NCBI GenBank assembly: GCA_963663235.2
Contig: CAXXNO010000006.1
Location: 64,001-128,000, forward strand
Origin: Dehalococcoidia bacterium
Lineage (GTDB): Bacteria > Chloroflexota > Dehalococcoidia > Bin125
Direction: 5' to 3'
DNA: 64,000 bases
Shown: positions 37,893 through 48,937 of the stretch, in pieces
Position numbering within the stretch: position 1 is the first letter of the stretch
Layout of the letters: every line of letters starts with the position of its first letter
Translations under genes and position numbers: made by a program
Notes under the pieces: model-generated
What the model saw: the letters and a program-made list of their open reading frames with translations, nothing else
The model's database searches: none
Told to the model about the DNA's origin: nothing

Positions 37893-39245
37893 ATGGACCG
37901 GGCTACCTACGAGGAATTGGTCGCGCTGGACACGGCGCATTGGGTGCATCCACTCAATCATCCGGCGTCGCAAACGCAGCCGATTCTGATCGAGAGCGGC
38001 GAGGGCATCTACCTCAATAGCGCCGACGGCAAGCGCTACATCGACGGGCTCTCCGGGCTGTGGAACGTTGGGGTGGGGCATGGCCGGACCGAGCTGGCGG
38101 AGGCGGCCGCCCAGCAGATGGGCAAGATCGGCTTTAACAGCAATTACGCCGGCTATTCCAACGAGCCGGCGATCCGCCTGGTCAAGCGGCTGGTCGATCT
38201 GACATACGACAACATGAGCGCGGTGTTCTTGGCCAACACCGGCTCCGACTGCAACGAGTCCAATTTCAAAGCGGCCCGGTTCTACTGGGAAGTGAAGGGC
38301 AAGCCAGGCAAGGACAAGATCATCAGCCGGGCCCAGGGATACCACGGGACCACAATGGCTGCGATGAGCGCGACTGGCATGAACGTCTACTGGGACATGT
38401 TCGAGCCGCGCGTCGCGGAGATCACCTCGGCGCAATGTGCCTTCCGCCCGGAATGTGCCATGTGCCGACTGGCCGGCGAGTGCAACGGGTGTCTGGACGC
38501 CATCGTGGAGGCGATCGAGCGGGCGGGACCGGACAGCGTGGCCGCGATCATTTCGGAGCCGGTGCAGGGCGCCGGCGGCGTCTACCCGCCGGAGGCGGAC
38601 TACTTTCCTCGACTGCGCGAGATCTGCGACCGCTACGAGATCTTGTTGATCGCGGACGAGGTCATCACCGGGTTCGGCCGCACGGGGAAATGGTTCGCGC
38701 TGGAGCACTGGGGTGTGCAGCCAGACATGATTTCGCTGTCCAAACAGATCACGAGCGGCTACGTGCCTCTGGGCGCCGCCGTCTGGTCCAGAGAGGTCCA
38801 CGAGACAATCGTCAGCAGCGATCCGAACCGCAAGTTCATGCACGCGTACACCACGAGCGGGCATCCCGTGACCGCCGCCGTCGCGCTGCGAAATCTGCAG
38901 ATCATCGAAGAGGAGAACCTGGTCCAGAACGCGGCCGAGCGCGGCGCGCAACTCCTCGCGGGCCTGCAATCGATGACGGAACTGCCGTACGTCGGGCACG
39001 CCCGCGGGTTGGGGCTGATGTGCGGCATCGAACTGCTGGAGGACCCGGAAGCTGAAACCCGGTTCGACCCGACGCGTGGCCTGGGCGCCAAATTGATAAA
39101 TGCCATGAAAACACGGGGCCTGATCACCCGCTTCCGCAACGACAACGTGGTGTTCGCCCCGCCCCTGATCATCACTGCCCAGCAGGTGGACGATATTCTG
39201 GCGATCGTGCGGGATAGCGTGAAAGAGGTAACAGCCGAGCTCTAG
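37893..39245 (+). CDS. Class III PLP aminotransferase (omega-transaminase-like)
   Basis: DGLSGLWN, YHG, EPVQGAGG, DEVITGFGRTG, SKQITSGY. Confidence 0.92.
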   Translation: MDRATYEELVALDTAHWVHPLNHPASQTQPILIESGEGIYLNSADGKRYIDGLSGLWNVGVGHGRTELAEAAAQQMGKIGFNSNYAGYSNEPAIRLVKRLVDLTYDNMSAVFLANTGSDCNESNFKAARFYWEVKGKPGKDKIISRAQGYHGTTMAAMSATGMNVYWDMFEPRVAEITSAQCAFRPECAMCRLAGECNGCLDAIVEAIERAGPDSVAAIISEPVQGAGGVYPPEADYFPRLREICDRYEILLIADEVITGFGRTGKWFALEHWGVQPDMISLSKQITSGYVPLGAAVWSREVHETIVSSDPNRKFMHAYTTSGHPVTAAVALRNLQIIEEENLVQNAAERGAQLLAGLQSMTELPYVGHARGLGLMCGIELLEDPEAETRFDPTRGLGAKLINAMKTRGLITRFRNDNVVFAPPLIITAQQVDDILAIVRDSVKEVTAEL

Positions 39246-39303
39246 CCATCCGCCCGGCCACGGTCCGTTGCCAAGGCCTCGAGCGGGGTGGTAGCGTGGC
39301 TGT

Positions 39304-39460
39304 AGGAAAGGAGGTGATGCTCGTTGAGACATAGTGGTTTAGATCGAGGAAGTTGGGTCCGGAGCATCGCCCGCCTTCACCTAGAGGTGAGCGCGGGCTA
39401 GGCGACAGGCTCAGCAAGGACAACAGCGACGCCCCCACCATCGTGGTGGGGGCGTTTGCT
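39304..39460 (+). ncRNA. Putative small RNA or small-ORF transcription unit
   Basis: Own promoter (TTGCCA 39268, TGgTAGCGT 39289-39297), GAAAGGAGGTGAT at 39306, 25-codon ORF 39324-39401, internal hairpins, terminator. Confidence 0.5.
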
Positions 39461-39461
39461 T
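39429..39461 (+). terminator. Intrinsic terminator
   Basis: ACGCCCCCACCA-TCG-TGGTGGGGGCGT 12-bp stem followed by TTGCTT. Confidence 0.75.
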
Positions 39462-39492
39462 GTCCGCCGCAGCGCCACCTACCGTTGAGGCC

Positions 39493-40299
39493 ATGAACGC
39501 GACGCTCGATGTCGAGGCGATGCGAGCGAGGCTCCGTACCCGCGTGATTGCCCGCCGGTTCATCTACCGCGAGCGGACCGGTTCCACCATGGACGACGCT
39601 CGGGAGGCCGCGCTGGCGGGCGCGGCCGCTGGGACGGCGATCTTGGCCGAGGAGCAGAGCGCCGGTCGCGGGACTCACGGTCGCGGCTGGGTGTCACCGC
39701 CGGGGCAGAATATCTACTGCACCATCGTGCTGCGGCCCACGGCGCAGAAGGCGCGCCGGCTGAGCATGGTGACGCCTGTGGCCATCGCCACCGCCGTGGA
39801 GCAGATGTTGGGTCTCTTCCCACGGATCAAGTGGCCCAACGATCTCCGGCTGAGCGGCAAGAAGTTCGCCGGCATCCTTATCGAGACGGAATGGAGCGGC
39901 AGCCGGCCGCTCTACGCGCTGGTCGGCGTTGGCATCAACGTGAACTTCGACCCGGCCGCCTATGAGGCGGCGATCGCGCAGCCGGCGACCAGCCTGGCGC
40001 TGGAGCGCGGGAGGCCGATTCAGCGCGAGCCGTTGCTGGCGGCGACGTTCAGCGCCTTCGAACGCGCGTATGAGGGCGCCGAGAGCGATGCTCTTTTCGA
40101 TGGTTGGCGCGCGCGGCTCGAGACGCTGGGACGGTCCATTGCGGTAAACACGAGCACGGGCGCGCTCGAAGGGGTCGCGGAAGCCGTCGGGGAGGATGGG
40201 TCGCTGCTGGTGCGGCGCGCGGACGGCGTGCTTGTCCCGCTCAGCGCCGCCGAGGTGATGGCTGCACCAGGAGACGTGGCGGAGTCGCTGCGGAGCTAG
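39493..40299 (+). CDS. birA: Biotin--protein ligase (no HTH)
   Basis: GSTMD, QSAGRG, KWPND, KKFAGILIE, GVGINV. Confidence 0.93.
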   Translation: MNATLDVEAMRARLRTRVIARRFIYRERTGSTMDDAREAALAGAAAGTAILAEEQSAGRGTHGRGWVSPPGQNIYCTIVLRPTAQKARRLSMVTPVAIATAVEQMLGLFPRIKWPNDLRLSGKKFAGILIETEWSGSRPLYALVGVGINVNFDPAAYEAAIAQPATSLALERGRPIQREPLLAATFSAFERAYEGAESDALFDGWRARLETLGRSIAVNTSTGALEGVAEAVGEDGSLLVRRADGVLVPLSAAEVMAAPGDVAESLRS

Positions 40300-41690
40300 A
40301 GCGGGGCCTGGGGTTGCGGTTCGCGGGCCGGCGGCGGGCCCTGCTCCGGCTGTTCCAGGGGCTCGACGATCAGGCAGAGTCCTTCCATCGCCAGCACCCG
40401 CACGCGCGTGTCGGCGGGAATCGGGGAACCGACGCTTCGTGCCGTCCAGAGTTCGGAGTCGATGAGCACGGTGCCTTCTGGGGCCAATGGTGTACGCGTT
40501 CGGCCCTCGTGCCCAACGAGTCGCTCGGTCAGGCCGGGCTGCCGGTGATGCTCACGGCGGGCGCCCAGGACCACCAGCCATGCACCGATGAGCGTGGCCA
40601 CGACCCCAACGCCGACTCCAGCCAGCACCCACAGCGACACTTGCTCTGCATCCGGCGCATCCGAAATCAGAAGGATTCCGCCCAAGATCAACGCCACGAT
40701 GCCGCCGATCCCAAATACACCGAATCCGGCCGCGAATACTTCGGCGAGGAAGAGCACGAATGCGAGCAGAACGAGGACGATGCCGGCCGGGTTCGTGTCC
40801 AACGTGCCCAACGAGAAAAAGGCCAGCACCATCGCGATGACGCCAAAAACTCCAGGTGCGATGAGACTGAACCCGCTGAGGATCTCGATAAAGATCGCCA
40901 GCCCGCCGAGGCTGAGCAGCAGGAAGGCGATGTTCGGGTCGCTGAGCAGGTCGAGGAAGCTCTCGAAGAACGTCATGTTGGTCTCGACGCGGGGGGCGCC
41001 GGCGGTGTGGATGGTGACGAGTTGCTTCCCCGGCGCCAGCTCCACCTCCCGGCCATCGATCTGGGCGAGGAGGTCGTCCAGATCGGTGGCGATGAGGTCG
41101 ATCACGTTGAGCTCGAGGGCCTCGCTCGACGTGGCCGAGATCGCCTCGCGGACGGCGCGCTCGGCCCAGTCGGCGTTGCGGCCGCGCAGCTCCGCGATCG
41201 CGCGGATGTCGGCAGCGGCGTCGTTGGTGATTTTGTCGCCCAGGGCGCCTTCGATGTCCTCACCGCCGCCGCCGATCGGCGTAGCGGCGCCGATCTGCGT
41301 GCTGGGGGCCATCGCCGCGATGTGGCCCGCCATCGTGATGAACGTGCCCGCGGAGGCGGCGCGAGCGCCCAGCGGGCTGACAAACACGGCGACGGGGACG
41401 GTGGAGGCCTCGATCCGCTGGACGATGTCGTCGGTGGCGCTGATCAGGCCGCCGGGTGTGTCGAGTTGAATCACGGCCACCGTGGCGCGGGTGTCCCCCG
41501 CTCGGTCCAAGGCGCGGTCGAGGAAGTCCGCCGTCACAGGGTTGATGTCACCGTCGATGGTGATGACATGGACGGCACCGTCTGGGGCGTCGTCGCCGCC
41601 GCAGGCGAACGCGACCAGCCCCAGCAGCAGGAGGAGGCCGGAGAAGCCACGCCGCACGTGACGTGCTGGCGGAAGACGAGATCCCGTCAC
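40296..41690 (-). CDS. nfeD: NfeD family membrane-bound serine protease
   Basis: LDTPGG, AASAG, IGAATP, TM block, C-terminal OB fold. TATAAT and GGAGG upstream of GTG 41690. Confidence 0.9.
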   Translation of the reverse strand: MTGSRLPPARHVRRGFSGLLLLLGLVAFACGGDDAPDGAVHVITIDGDINPVTADFLDRALDRAGDTRATVAVIQLDTPGGLISATDDIVQRIEASTVPVAVFVSPLGARAASAGTFITMAGHIAAMAPSTQIGAATPIGGGGEDIEGALGDKITNDAAADIRAIAELRGRNADWAERAVREAISATSSEALELNVIDLIATDLDDLLAQIDGREVELAPGKQLVTIHTAGAPRVETNMTFFESFLDLLSDPNIAFLLLSLGGLAIFIEILSGFSLIAPGVFGVIAMVLAFFSLGTLDTNPAGIVLVLLAFVLFLAEVFAAGFGVFGIGGIVALILGGILLISDAPDAEQVSLWVLAGVGVGVVATLIGAWLVVLGARREHHRQPGLTERLVGHEGRTRTPLAPEGTVLIDSELWTARSVGSPIPADTRVRVLAMEGLCLIVEPLEQPEQGPPPAREPQPQAPL

Positions 41691-42002
41691 GCTCGTACCT
41701 CCGTCTCGATTATAGGCGAGCGCCGATGCCGTCTCCGGCGACCAGAGTGCCGGGCAATCGTTGGCCGGCGCCTCTCTCTGGATCTGGCCGTTGGATCCGG
41801 CCGCCGGCCCGGCGGCCCGTAGGCCCGACGCCCCCAAGTCTGATGGCGAGCATCGCGCTGGCGAAGGTGCAGCCGTCCTCTCGGCGGTGGGCCGAATGAC
41901 TCATATCGCGTCGAGCAGTCGCGGCCTCAGGCGTCGAGGGATCCAGCGTCGTCAAGTGGCGGACCTGTAGACTGATGCGGGAGTCCGCTGGAGGCGTCAG
42001 GC

Positions 42003-42767
42003 ATGCCCCCGTTGGTCACGCACATGGTGGCGGCGCGTCGCGCGGCGGCGCAGGTCGACGGCGGCGCCGGCACCGGCCCCGGCGACTGGGGCGCATACCT
42101 GCTGGGCGCCACGTCACCAGACGTCCGTATGTTGACCAAGTGGGATCGGTCGCAGACCCATTTCTTCGACCTGGACAACTTCGAGCACCAAGATAGCGTG
42201 GCGCAATTCTTCGCGGCCCAGCCGCAACTGCGCGACGCCGGGGACCTGAATCCAGCGACCCGCGCGTGGGCGTGCGGATTCCTCACGCACCTCATCATGG
42301 ATGAGCGCTATATCGACGCGATCTATCGTCCGCATTTCGGCGTGCGCTCACCGCTGGGTGGCAGCCAGCGGGCCAACTTGCTGGACCGCATTTTGCAGTA
42401 CGAGCTGGACCGACGGGAGCGTGAGGACCGCGAAGCGATGAGCGAGATGCGCGCGCAGCTGTGCGCAGCAGGCGCGGCGATCGAATGCGGGCTGATCGAC
42501 CGGCCGACGTTGCAGCAGTGGCGCGATGTGAGCATCGCCGTGACCGAGAACCCGCCCGACTGGGGGCGCTTCGCCAAGGTCGCGTCGCGGCACTTGCAGC
42601 GGGCCGGGATCGAGTCGGAGCCGGAGCTCAACGCTTTCCTCGAACAGGTGCCCCAGTTGCTGGATGAAACGATCGGCAGCGTCGGGATGGCGACCGTAGA
42701 AGCGTTCTTCGAAGAAGTAGAGGAGCGCACCGTCGCCTGCTTGCGAGAGTATCTGGGATCTCCATGA
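42003..42767 (+). CDS. Zinc-dependent phospholipase C/S1-P1-like protein
   Basis: MPPLVTH, LLGATSPD, THF and GFLTHLIMD metal-binding pattern. Confidence 0.7.
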   Translation: MPPLVTHMVAARRAAAQVDGGAGTGPGDWGAYLLGATSPDVRMLTKWDRSQTHFFDLDNFEHQDSVAQFFAAQPQLRDAGDLNPATRAWACGFLTHLIMDERYIDAIYRPHFGVRSPLGGSQRANLLDRILQYELDRREREDREAMSEMRAQLCAAGAAIECGLIDRPTLQQWRDVSIAVTENPPDWGRFAKVASRHLQRAGIESEPELNAFLEQVPQLLDETIGSVGMATVEAFFEEVEERTVACLREYLGSP

Positions 42768-44101
42768 CGGCGCTCCCTATCGTCCGCGGAGCGGAGGCCG
42801 CGCGCCGTTCCGTGCTTTGCCGTCGGCCGCTAGAAGAGATCGCGCTGCCAGCGGCCGTGGCCGCCACGCTGCGACAGGTGTTCGGCCGCGACGTGAGCGC
42901 AGAGGAGGCGGTGCGACTAATCATCGACGCGGTCCGCCGGGAGGGGGACCAGGCACTGCGGCGCTTTGCGGTCGCCATCGACGGGCACGCGCCCGACACC
43001 TGGGAGACCAGCGAGGAGGAGTTCCGCGCGGCCGCCAAGGAGGTGGACCGCGAAACCATCGGCGCGATCCAGATTGCGGCCGAACGGGTGCGGCACTTCC
43101 ACGAACGGCAACTTGCGCACGCGGCGAAGTCGTTTTCGGAGGACGGGTTGGGACAGGTAGTGCGGCCCCTCCGCCGGGTGGGCTTGTACGTCCCGGGGAC
43201 GGCGGTGGTCTATCCGTCGACGGTGCTGCACACGGCGATCCCCGCGGTGGTGGCAGGCGTGGAGGAGGTGTGCATCGCGAGTCCGAGCAGCCCCGGCGGA
43301 GCGGGCGTGTCGCCGCTCAAGCTGGTAGCGGCGCAGATCGCCGGGGTTGAGATTGTCTACAAGGTCGGAGGCGCGCAAGCGATCGCGGCGCTGGCCTACG
43401 GGACGGAGTCGATACATCGAGTCGATAAGATCTTCGGGCCGGGCAACATATTCGTCACGCTGGCGAAGCGATGGGTGTTCGGCGATGTCGGCATCGAAGC
43501 GCTCTATGGACCCACCGAGGCGGTGATCGTGGCGGACGAGAGCGCCGACCCCGAGCTCTGCGCCGCCGACCTGCTGGCTCAGGCCGAGCACGACGAGTTG
43601 GCGTGTCCGATCTTGATCACGCCGTCTGAACGGCTTGCGAACGAGGTGGCACGTATCGTTCCTGAGCGTGCAAGCGTGATGGAACGCAGTGAGATCGCCC
43701 TGGCGGCGTTCGCAAACCGCGGGGGAATCGTACTGGCCGAAGATCTGGAAACCGCTCTGGCGCTGGCGAACGAGTTTGCACCGGAGCATCTTTCGCTTCA
43801 AATTGCGAACGCCGAGGAGCGGGCAGGGTCGATCCGAAACGCCGGCGGACTGTTCGTGGGGGAGGCGTCGGCGGAGGCGCTGGCGGACTACGTGGCCGGC
43901 CCGAGCCATGTCATGCCCACCGGGGGAAGCGCGCGTTACGCCTCGCCGTTGAGCGTGGGGGACTTTCTCAAGACCACCACAGTCGTCAACGTGTCCTCGG
44001 ACCTGCTGCGGGAGGTGGGGCCCGCGGCGGAACGCATGGCTCAGGCGGAGGGACTCGGGGGGCACGCGCGCTCGCTGGAGATACGCCGCAGCGATCGATA
44101 G
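42764..44101 (+). CDS. hisD: Histidinol dehydrogenase
   Basis: GLYVPG, GGAQAIAALAYG, GPGN, QAEHD, APEHL, GPSHVMPT. Confidence 0.97.
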   Translation: MTALPIVRGAEAARRSVLCRRPLEEIALPAAVAATLRQVFGRDVSAEEAVRLIIDAVRREGDQALRRFAVAIDGHAPDTWETSEEEFRAAAKEVDRETIGAIQIAAERVRHFHERQLAHAAKSFSEDGLGQVVRPLRRVGLYVPGTAVVYPSTVLHTAIPAVVAGVEEVCIASPSSPGGAGVSPLKLVAAQIAGVEIVYKVGGAQAIAALAYGTESIHRVDKIFGPGNIFVTLAKRWVFGDVGIEALYGPTEAVIVADESADPELCAADLLAQAEHDELACPILITPSERLANEVARIVPERASVMERSEIALAAFANRGGIVLAEDLETALALANEFAPEHLSLQIANAEERAGSIRNAGGLFVGEASAEALADYVAGPSHVMPTGGSARYASPLSVGDFLKTTTVVNVSSDLLREVGPAAERMAQAEGLGGHARSLEIRRSDR

Positions 44102-44145
44102 AGTGACGGTCACCTCGCGCGTCGCATCTGCATGGATTGTGCCGA

Positions 44146-45264
<1,119 letters not shown>

Positions 45265-45336
45265 CGCGATTCCCTCCTGCCTGCGACGATGAGTGTGTCG
45301 CGAAATTGGGAGTCCCCGGCGGGGGCGGAGCAGGTC

Positions 45337-45930
45337 ATGCGCGAGAGCACCATCCACCGCACCACGCGAGAGACTGAAATCGACGTCGCGCTGAACCTCG
45401 ACGGATCGGGGCGCTACGAAGTTGAGACCGGGGTCGGGATGCTCGACCACCTGATCGAGCAACTGGCGCGTCACGGCGCCTTCGACCTGACCCTGCGAGC
45501 GACGGGAGACCTCGATCGCGACGCGCACCACACGGTGGAGGACGTCGGGCTGACGCTGGGGAAGGCGCTCGACGAAGCGCTCGGCGATCGCGCCGGAATC
45601 GCGCGGATGGCAAGCGCGCTCGTGCCGCTCGACGAAGCGCTGGTGCAGGTGGCGGTGGACCTCAGCGGCCGGGCCCACGCGGCTATCGACCTACGATTCC
45701 CCGGTGACACGATGGGGCAACTGCCGACGCAACTCGTTAGTCATCTGCTGGAGTCGATCGCGCAGGCGGGCCGGCTGACGCTGCACGTGCGCTCGCTGGC
45801 CGGCGAGAACGATCACCACATCGCCGAGGCTGCCTTCAAGGCGCTGGCTCGGGCGCTGCGGGACGCGGTGGCCCTGGATGCTCGCGCGGCGGGCACTGTG
45901 CCAAGCACCAAAGGCACGCTTACGACGTAG
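45337..45930 (+). CDS. hisB: Imidazoleglycerol-phosphate dehydratase
   Basis: RTTRET, HHTVED, NDHHIAEAAFK, PSTKG. Confidence 0.97.
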   Translation: MRESTIHRTTRETEIDVALNLDGSGRYEVETGVGMLDHLIEQLARHGAFDLTLRATGDLDRDAHHTVEDVGLTLGKALDEALGDRAGIARMASALVPLDEALVQVAVDLSGRAHAAIDLRFPGDTMGQLPTQLVSHLLESIAQAGRLTLHVRSLAGENDHHIAEAAFKALARALRDAVALDARAAGTVPSTKGTLTT

Positions 45931-45970
45931 GCGATTCCGCCACGGCCGCGACCGTGTAGCGGTAGTCCTC

Positions 45971-46044
45971 GACCTCACCCCCTGGCCCCCTTCGACAAGC
46001 TCAGGACAGGCCCTCTCCATCGGCAAGCGATGGAGAGGGGGAAG
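45971..46044 (+). repeat. Composite REP-like hairpin repeat with 22-nt insert
   Basis: ACCTCACCCCCTGGCCC[CCTTCGACAAGCTCAGGACAGG]CCCTCTCC...GGAGAGGGGGAAG, same family as the 62.6-63.1 kb repeats. Confidence 0.85.
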
Positions 46045-46056
46045 AGGCGCCGGGCG

Positions 46057-46332
46057 TTAGGTGCCGCCGGGTTTGGCCTCTTCTGCGGGGTGGACGGTGT
46101 AGCGGTAGTCCTCGATCACCGGGTTGGCGAGGAGCTTGTCGCACATGGCGTCGGCTTGGCGCTCGGCCGTGGCCTGATCGGGCGCGTCCAGCCAGATCTC
46201 GATGTACTTGCCGGCACGCAGGTCGGTCACACGGTCGAAGCCGAGGTCGGCCAGGCCCATCTTGATCGTCAGCCCTTGCGGGTCGTTGACCGTGCGCTTG
46301 AGGGTGACGAAGATGTCGGCTTTGAACTTCAT
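46057..46332 (-). CDS. purS: FGAM synthase subunit PurS
   Basis: VNDPQG, GKYIE, LLANPVIEDY. Confidence 0.96.
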   Translation of the reverse strand: MKFKADIFVTLKRTVNDPQGLTIKMGLADLGFDRVTDLRAGKYIEIWLDAPDQATAERQADAMCDKLLANPVIEDYRYTVHPAEEAKPGGT

Positions 46333-47249
46333 CGCTCTTGCGCCGGAGGGCTGAGCAACTCACGCCCGGTGATCCGTCGGAACGCCTCCCGGTAGCGATG
46401 CTGGACGTCGCTCACCACGTCGGGCGGCAACTGCGGCCCTGGAGGTTGCTTGTTCCAGCCGCTGGCCGTGAGCCAGTCGCGCAGCGGCTGCTTGTCGTAG
46501 GAGGGTTGGGGCCCGCCCGGCTTGTAGGTGTCCAGATCCCAGAATCGCGACGAATCCGGCGTCATGGCCTCATCGATGAGGATCGGCTCCGGCTCGGCGT
46601 CTTCGCCGGGAAGCAGGCCGAACTCGAACTTGGTGTCGGCGATGATGAAGCCGCGCTGCCGGGCTCGCTCTGCGCCGTAGGTGTACAGAGCGAGGGAGCG
46701 CAGCTTCACGACATTAGCGATGTGCTCTCCCACAATCGCCTCAGCCTGCTCGTAGGTGATGTTCTCGTCGTGGCCGGTTTCAGCCTTCGTCGAGGGGGTG
46801 AAGATTGGCTCGGGCAAGGGGTCGGACTCGCGCAAGCCGGGCGGAAGCGCGATGCCGCAGATTCGGCCCGTCTCCTGATACTCCAGCCAACCGCTGCCCG
46901 ACAGCGCGCCGCGGACGATGGCCTCCAGCATTACCGGTTCCGCCTTGCGCACCAGCATGGCGCGGCCGATGTACTCCGGACCCAGAGGCACAGGGATGTC
47001 CGGGTTCAGCGTGGAGTCGATGACGCGGATCATGTGGTTGGGTACGACCTGCTCCGTCATCGCGAACCAGAAGGCGGACATCTGCGTCAAGACGCGGCCC
47101 TTGTCCGGGATTCCGTTGGGCAGCACGACGTCAAAGGCCGAGATCCGGTCCGTGGTGACGATGAGGAGACGGTCGTCAAGGTCGTAGACGTCGCGGACCT
47201 TGCCCTGTCGCTTGGGCAAGGGAAGATCGGACTGCAACAAGACGTCCAC
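46329..47249 (-). CDS. purC: SAICAR synthase
   Basis: GKVRDVY, DRISAFD, TPSTKA, DTKFEFG, TPDSSRFW. Confidence 0.97.
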   Translation of the reverse strand: MDVLLQSDLPLPKRQGKVRDVYDLDDRLLIVTTDRISAFDVVLPNGIPDKGRVLTQMSAFWFAMTEQVVPNHMIRVIDSTLNPDIPVPLGPEYIGRAMLVRKAEPVMLEAIVRGALSGSGWLEYQETGRICGIALPPGLRESDPLPEPIFTPSTKAETGHDENITYEQAEAIVGEHIANVVKLRSLALYTYGAERARQRGFIIADTKFEFGLLPGEDAEPEPILIDEAMTPDSSRFWDLDTYKPGGPQPSYDKQPLRDWLTASGWNKQPPGPQLPPDVVSDVQHRYREAFRRITGRELLSPPAQER

Positions 47250-47256
47250 CGGCCCT

Positions 47257-48549
47257 CTAGATCCCCAAGCGCTTGAACGTCGCGTCGATGTGGCGGAGGT
47301 AGTAATTGGGGTTGAAGCACTCGCGCAGATCATCCTCGGAGATGGCCTGCTGGATCTTGGGGTCGACGAGTATGAGGTCGAAGAAGGGGGTCGTGGTCTT
47401 CCAGGCGGTCATGGCGTGCTGCTGGACGATGCCGTAGGCCTCATCCCTGGGCATTCCCGCCTCCACCAAAGCCAGCATCACTCGTTGCGAGTACACCAGC
47501 CCGCCCGTGCTCTCCAGATTCTCGCGCATCCGGTCTGGATAGATTGCGAGCCGTTCCATAATCCAGGCGAAGAGGTCCAGCATGTAGTCCAGCAGGATGC
47601 AGGCATCGGGGAGGATGATCCGCTCGCTGCTGGAGTGGCTGATGTCACGCTCGTGCCAGAGGGCCACGTTCTCCAACGCGCTAGTGCTGTAGCCGCGCAG
47701 CACCCGGGCCAAGCCGCAGATCCGTTCGCATTTCTCCGGGTTGCGCTTGTGGGGCATGGCCGATGAGCCGGTCTGGCCCGGAAGGAATGGCTCCTCCACC
47801 TCGCGCACCTCGGTGCGCTGAAGGTGCCGGATCTCCAGCGCGAACTTCTCCAGCGATGCGCCGATCAATGCCAACGTACTCACGAACTGCGCATGCCGGT
47901 CGCGCTGGACGATCTGGTTCGAGGCCGCCTCCGGCGTCAGCTCCAACTCCGCGCAGACCCGCTCCTCGACGGAGGGCGGCACGGTCGCGTGCGTGCCCAC
48001 GGCGCCGCTGAGCTTCCCGACGGCGATCATGCGCTTGGCTTCGGCGAGGCGCGTCTGATGGCGGCGCAGCTCATCGACCCAGACGGCGAGTTTCAGGCCC
48101 AGGGTGGTGGGCTCGGCGTGGACGCCGTGCGTTCGCCCCACCATGAGGGTTTGCTTGAAGGCCCGCGCCTGCCCGACCAGCAGCATGTGCAGGTGCGCGA
48201 GATCGGCCTCGATCAACGTGGCGGCGTCGCGGAGCTGGAGGGCCGTGGCCGTATCCCACACATCGGACGACGTCAGGCCGTGGTGGACCCAGCGTCCCTC
48301 CGGGCCGAGGTGATCGTTGACGGAGCGCAGGAATGCGGTGACGTCATGGTGGGTCTCGGCCTGGTAGCGCTCGACATCCTCAAGCTTGAAGGCGGCCTTG
48401 GCGGCGATTGCGTCGGCGTCGGCGCGGGGCACAACGCCTTCCTGCACCCAGGCGCCGACGGCCGCCACCTCCACCTGGAGCCAGAGTTCGTATTTCGCCT
48501 GGTCCGACCAGATCGCAGCCATCTCAGGCCGTGAGTAGCGGGGGATCAC
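47257..48549 (-). CDS. purB: Adenylosuccinate lyase
   Basis: MIPRYS, GRTHGVHAEP, SSAMPHKRNP. Confidence 0.97.
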   Translation of the reverse strand: MIPRYSRPEMAAIWSDQAKYELWLQVEVAAVGAWVQEGVVPRADADAIAAKAAFKLEDVERYQAETHHDVTAFLRSVNDHLGPEGRWVHHGLTSSDVWDTATALQLRDAATLIEADLAHLHMLLVGQARAFKQTLMVGRTHGVHAEPTTLGLKLAVWVDELRRHQTRLAEAKRMIAVGKLSGAVGTHATVPPSVEERVCAELELTPEAASNQIVQRDRHAQFVSTLALIGASLEKFALEIRHLQRTEVREVEEPFLPGQTGSSAMPHKRNPEKCERICGLARVLRGYSTSALENVALWHERDISHSSSERIILPDACILLDYMLDLFAWIMERLAIYPDRMRENLESTGGLVYSQRVMLALVEAGMPRDEAYGIVQQHAMTAWKTTTPFFDLILVDPKIQQAISEDDLRECFNPNYYLRHIDATFKRLGI

Positions 48550-48586
48550 GCGCGAACCTCCAGCAGGAACCGCCGCGCCCGGAAGG

Positions 48587-48925
48587 TCATCGGTCTAGGT
48601 ACTCCTCCCGGACCGGCGAAAAGATGTCAACGGCGATGGAGTCCTCCAGCGCCGTCACCTTGTGTGGCACGCCGCCGGGGATCAACCAAGAATCGCCGGG
48701 CTCGAGCTCGCGACGCAACCCGGGCATCTCAAAGAGCAGCCTCCCGGAGACCAAGTAGCCGGTCTGCTCGTGCGGGTGGTCGTGCTCCGGGACCACGCCA
48801 CCCTTCAGCAGCGTAACTTCGGAGAGCGTTGTGCGGTCGCCGCTGTTCAGCGTGCGGCGCGTGACGCGATCCACCATCTGGACCGCGCGGACGGCATCAT
48901 GGGCTTGCAGGGTCGCTTTGGCCAC
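48587..48925 (-). CDS. Cupin domain protein
   Basis: PEHDHPHEQ and IPGGVPH cupin motifs, DIFSPVREEY. Confidence 0.88.
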   Translation of the reverse strand: MAKATLQAHDAVRAVQMVDRVTRRTLNSGDRTTLSEVTLLKGGVVPEHDHPHEQTGYLVSGRLLFEMPGLRRELEPGDSWLIPGGVPHKVTALEDSIAVDIFSPVREEYLDR

Positions 48926-48937
48926 AGCATCCTCCAA

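Noticed and set aside
37893-39245. bioA call because birA is adjacent
   Set aside because: The SGLWN motif is omega-transaminase-like rather than BioA SWW, there are no other bio genes, and a terminator separates the two genes.
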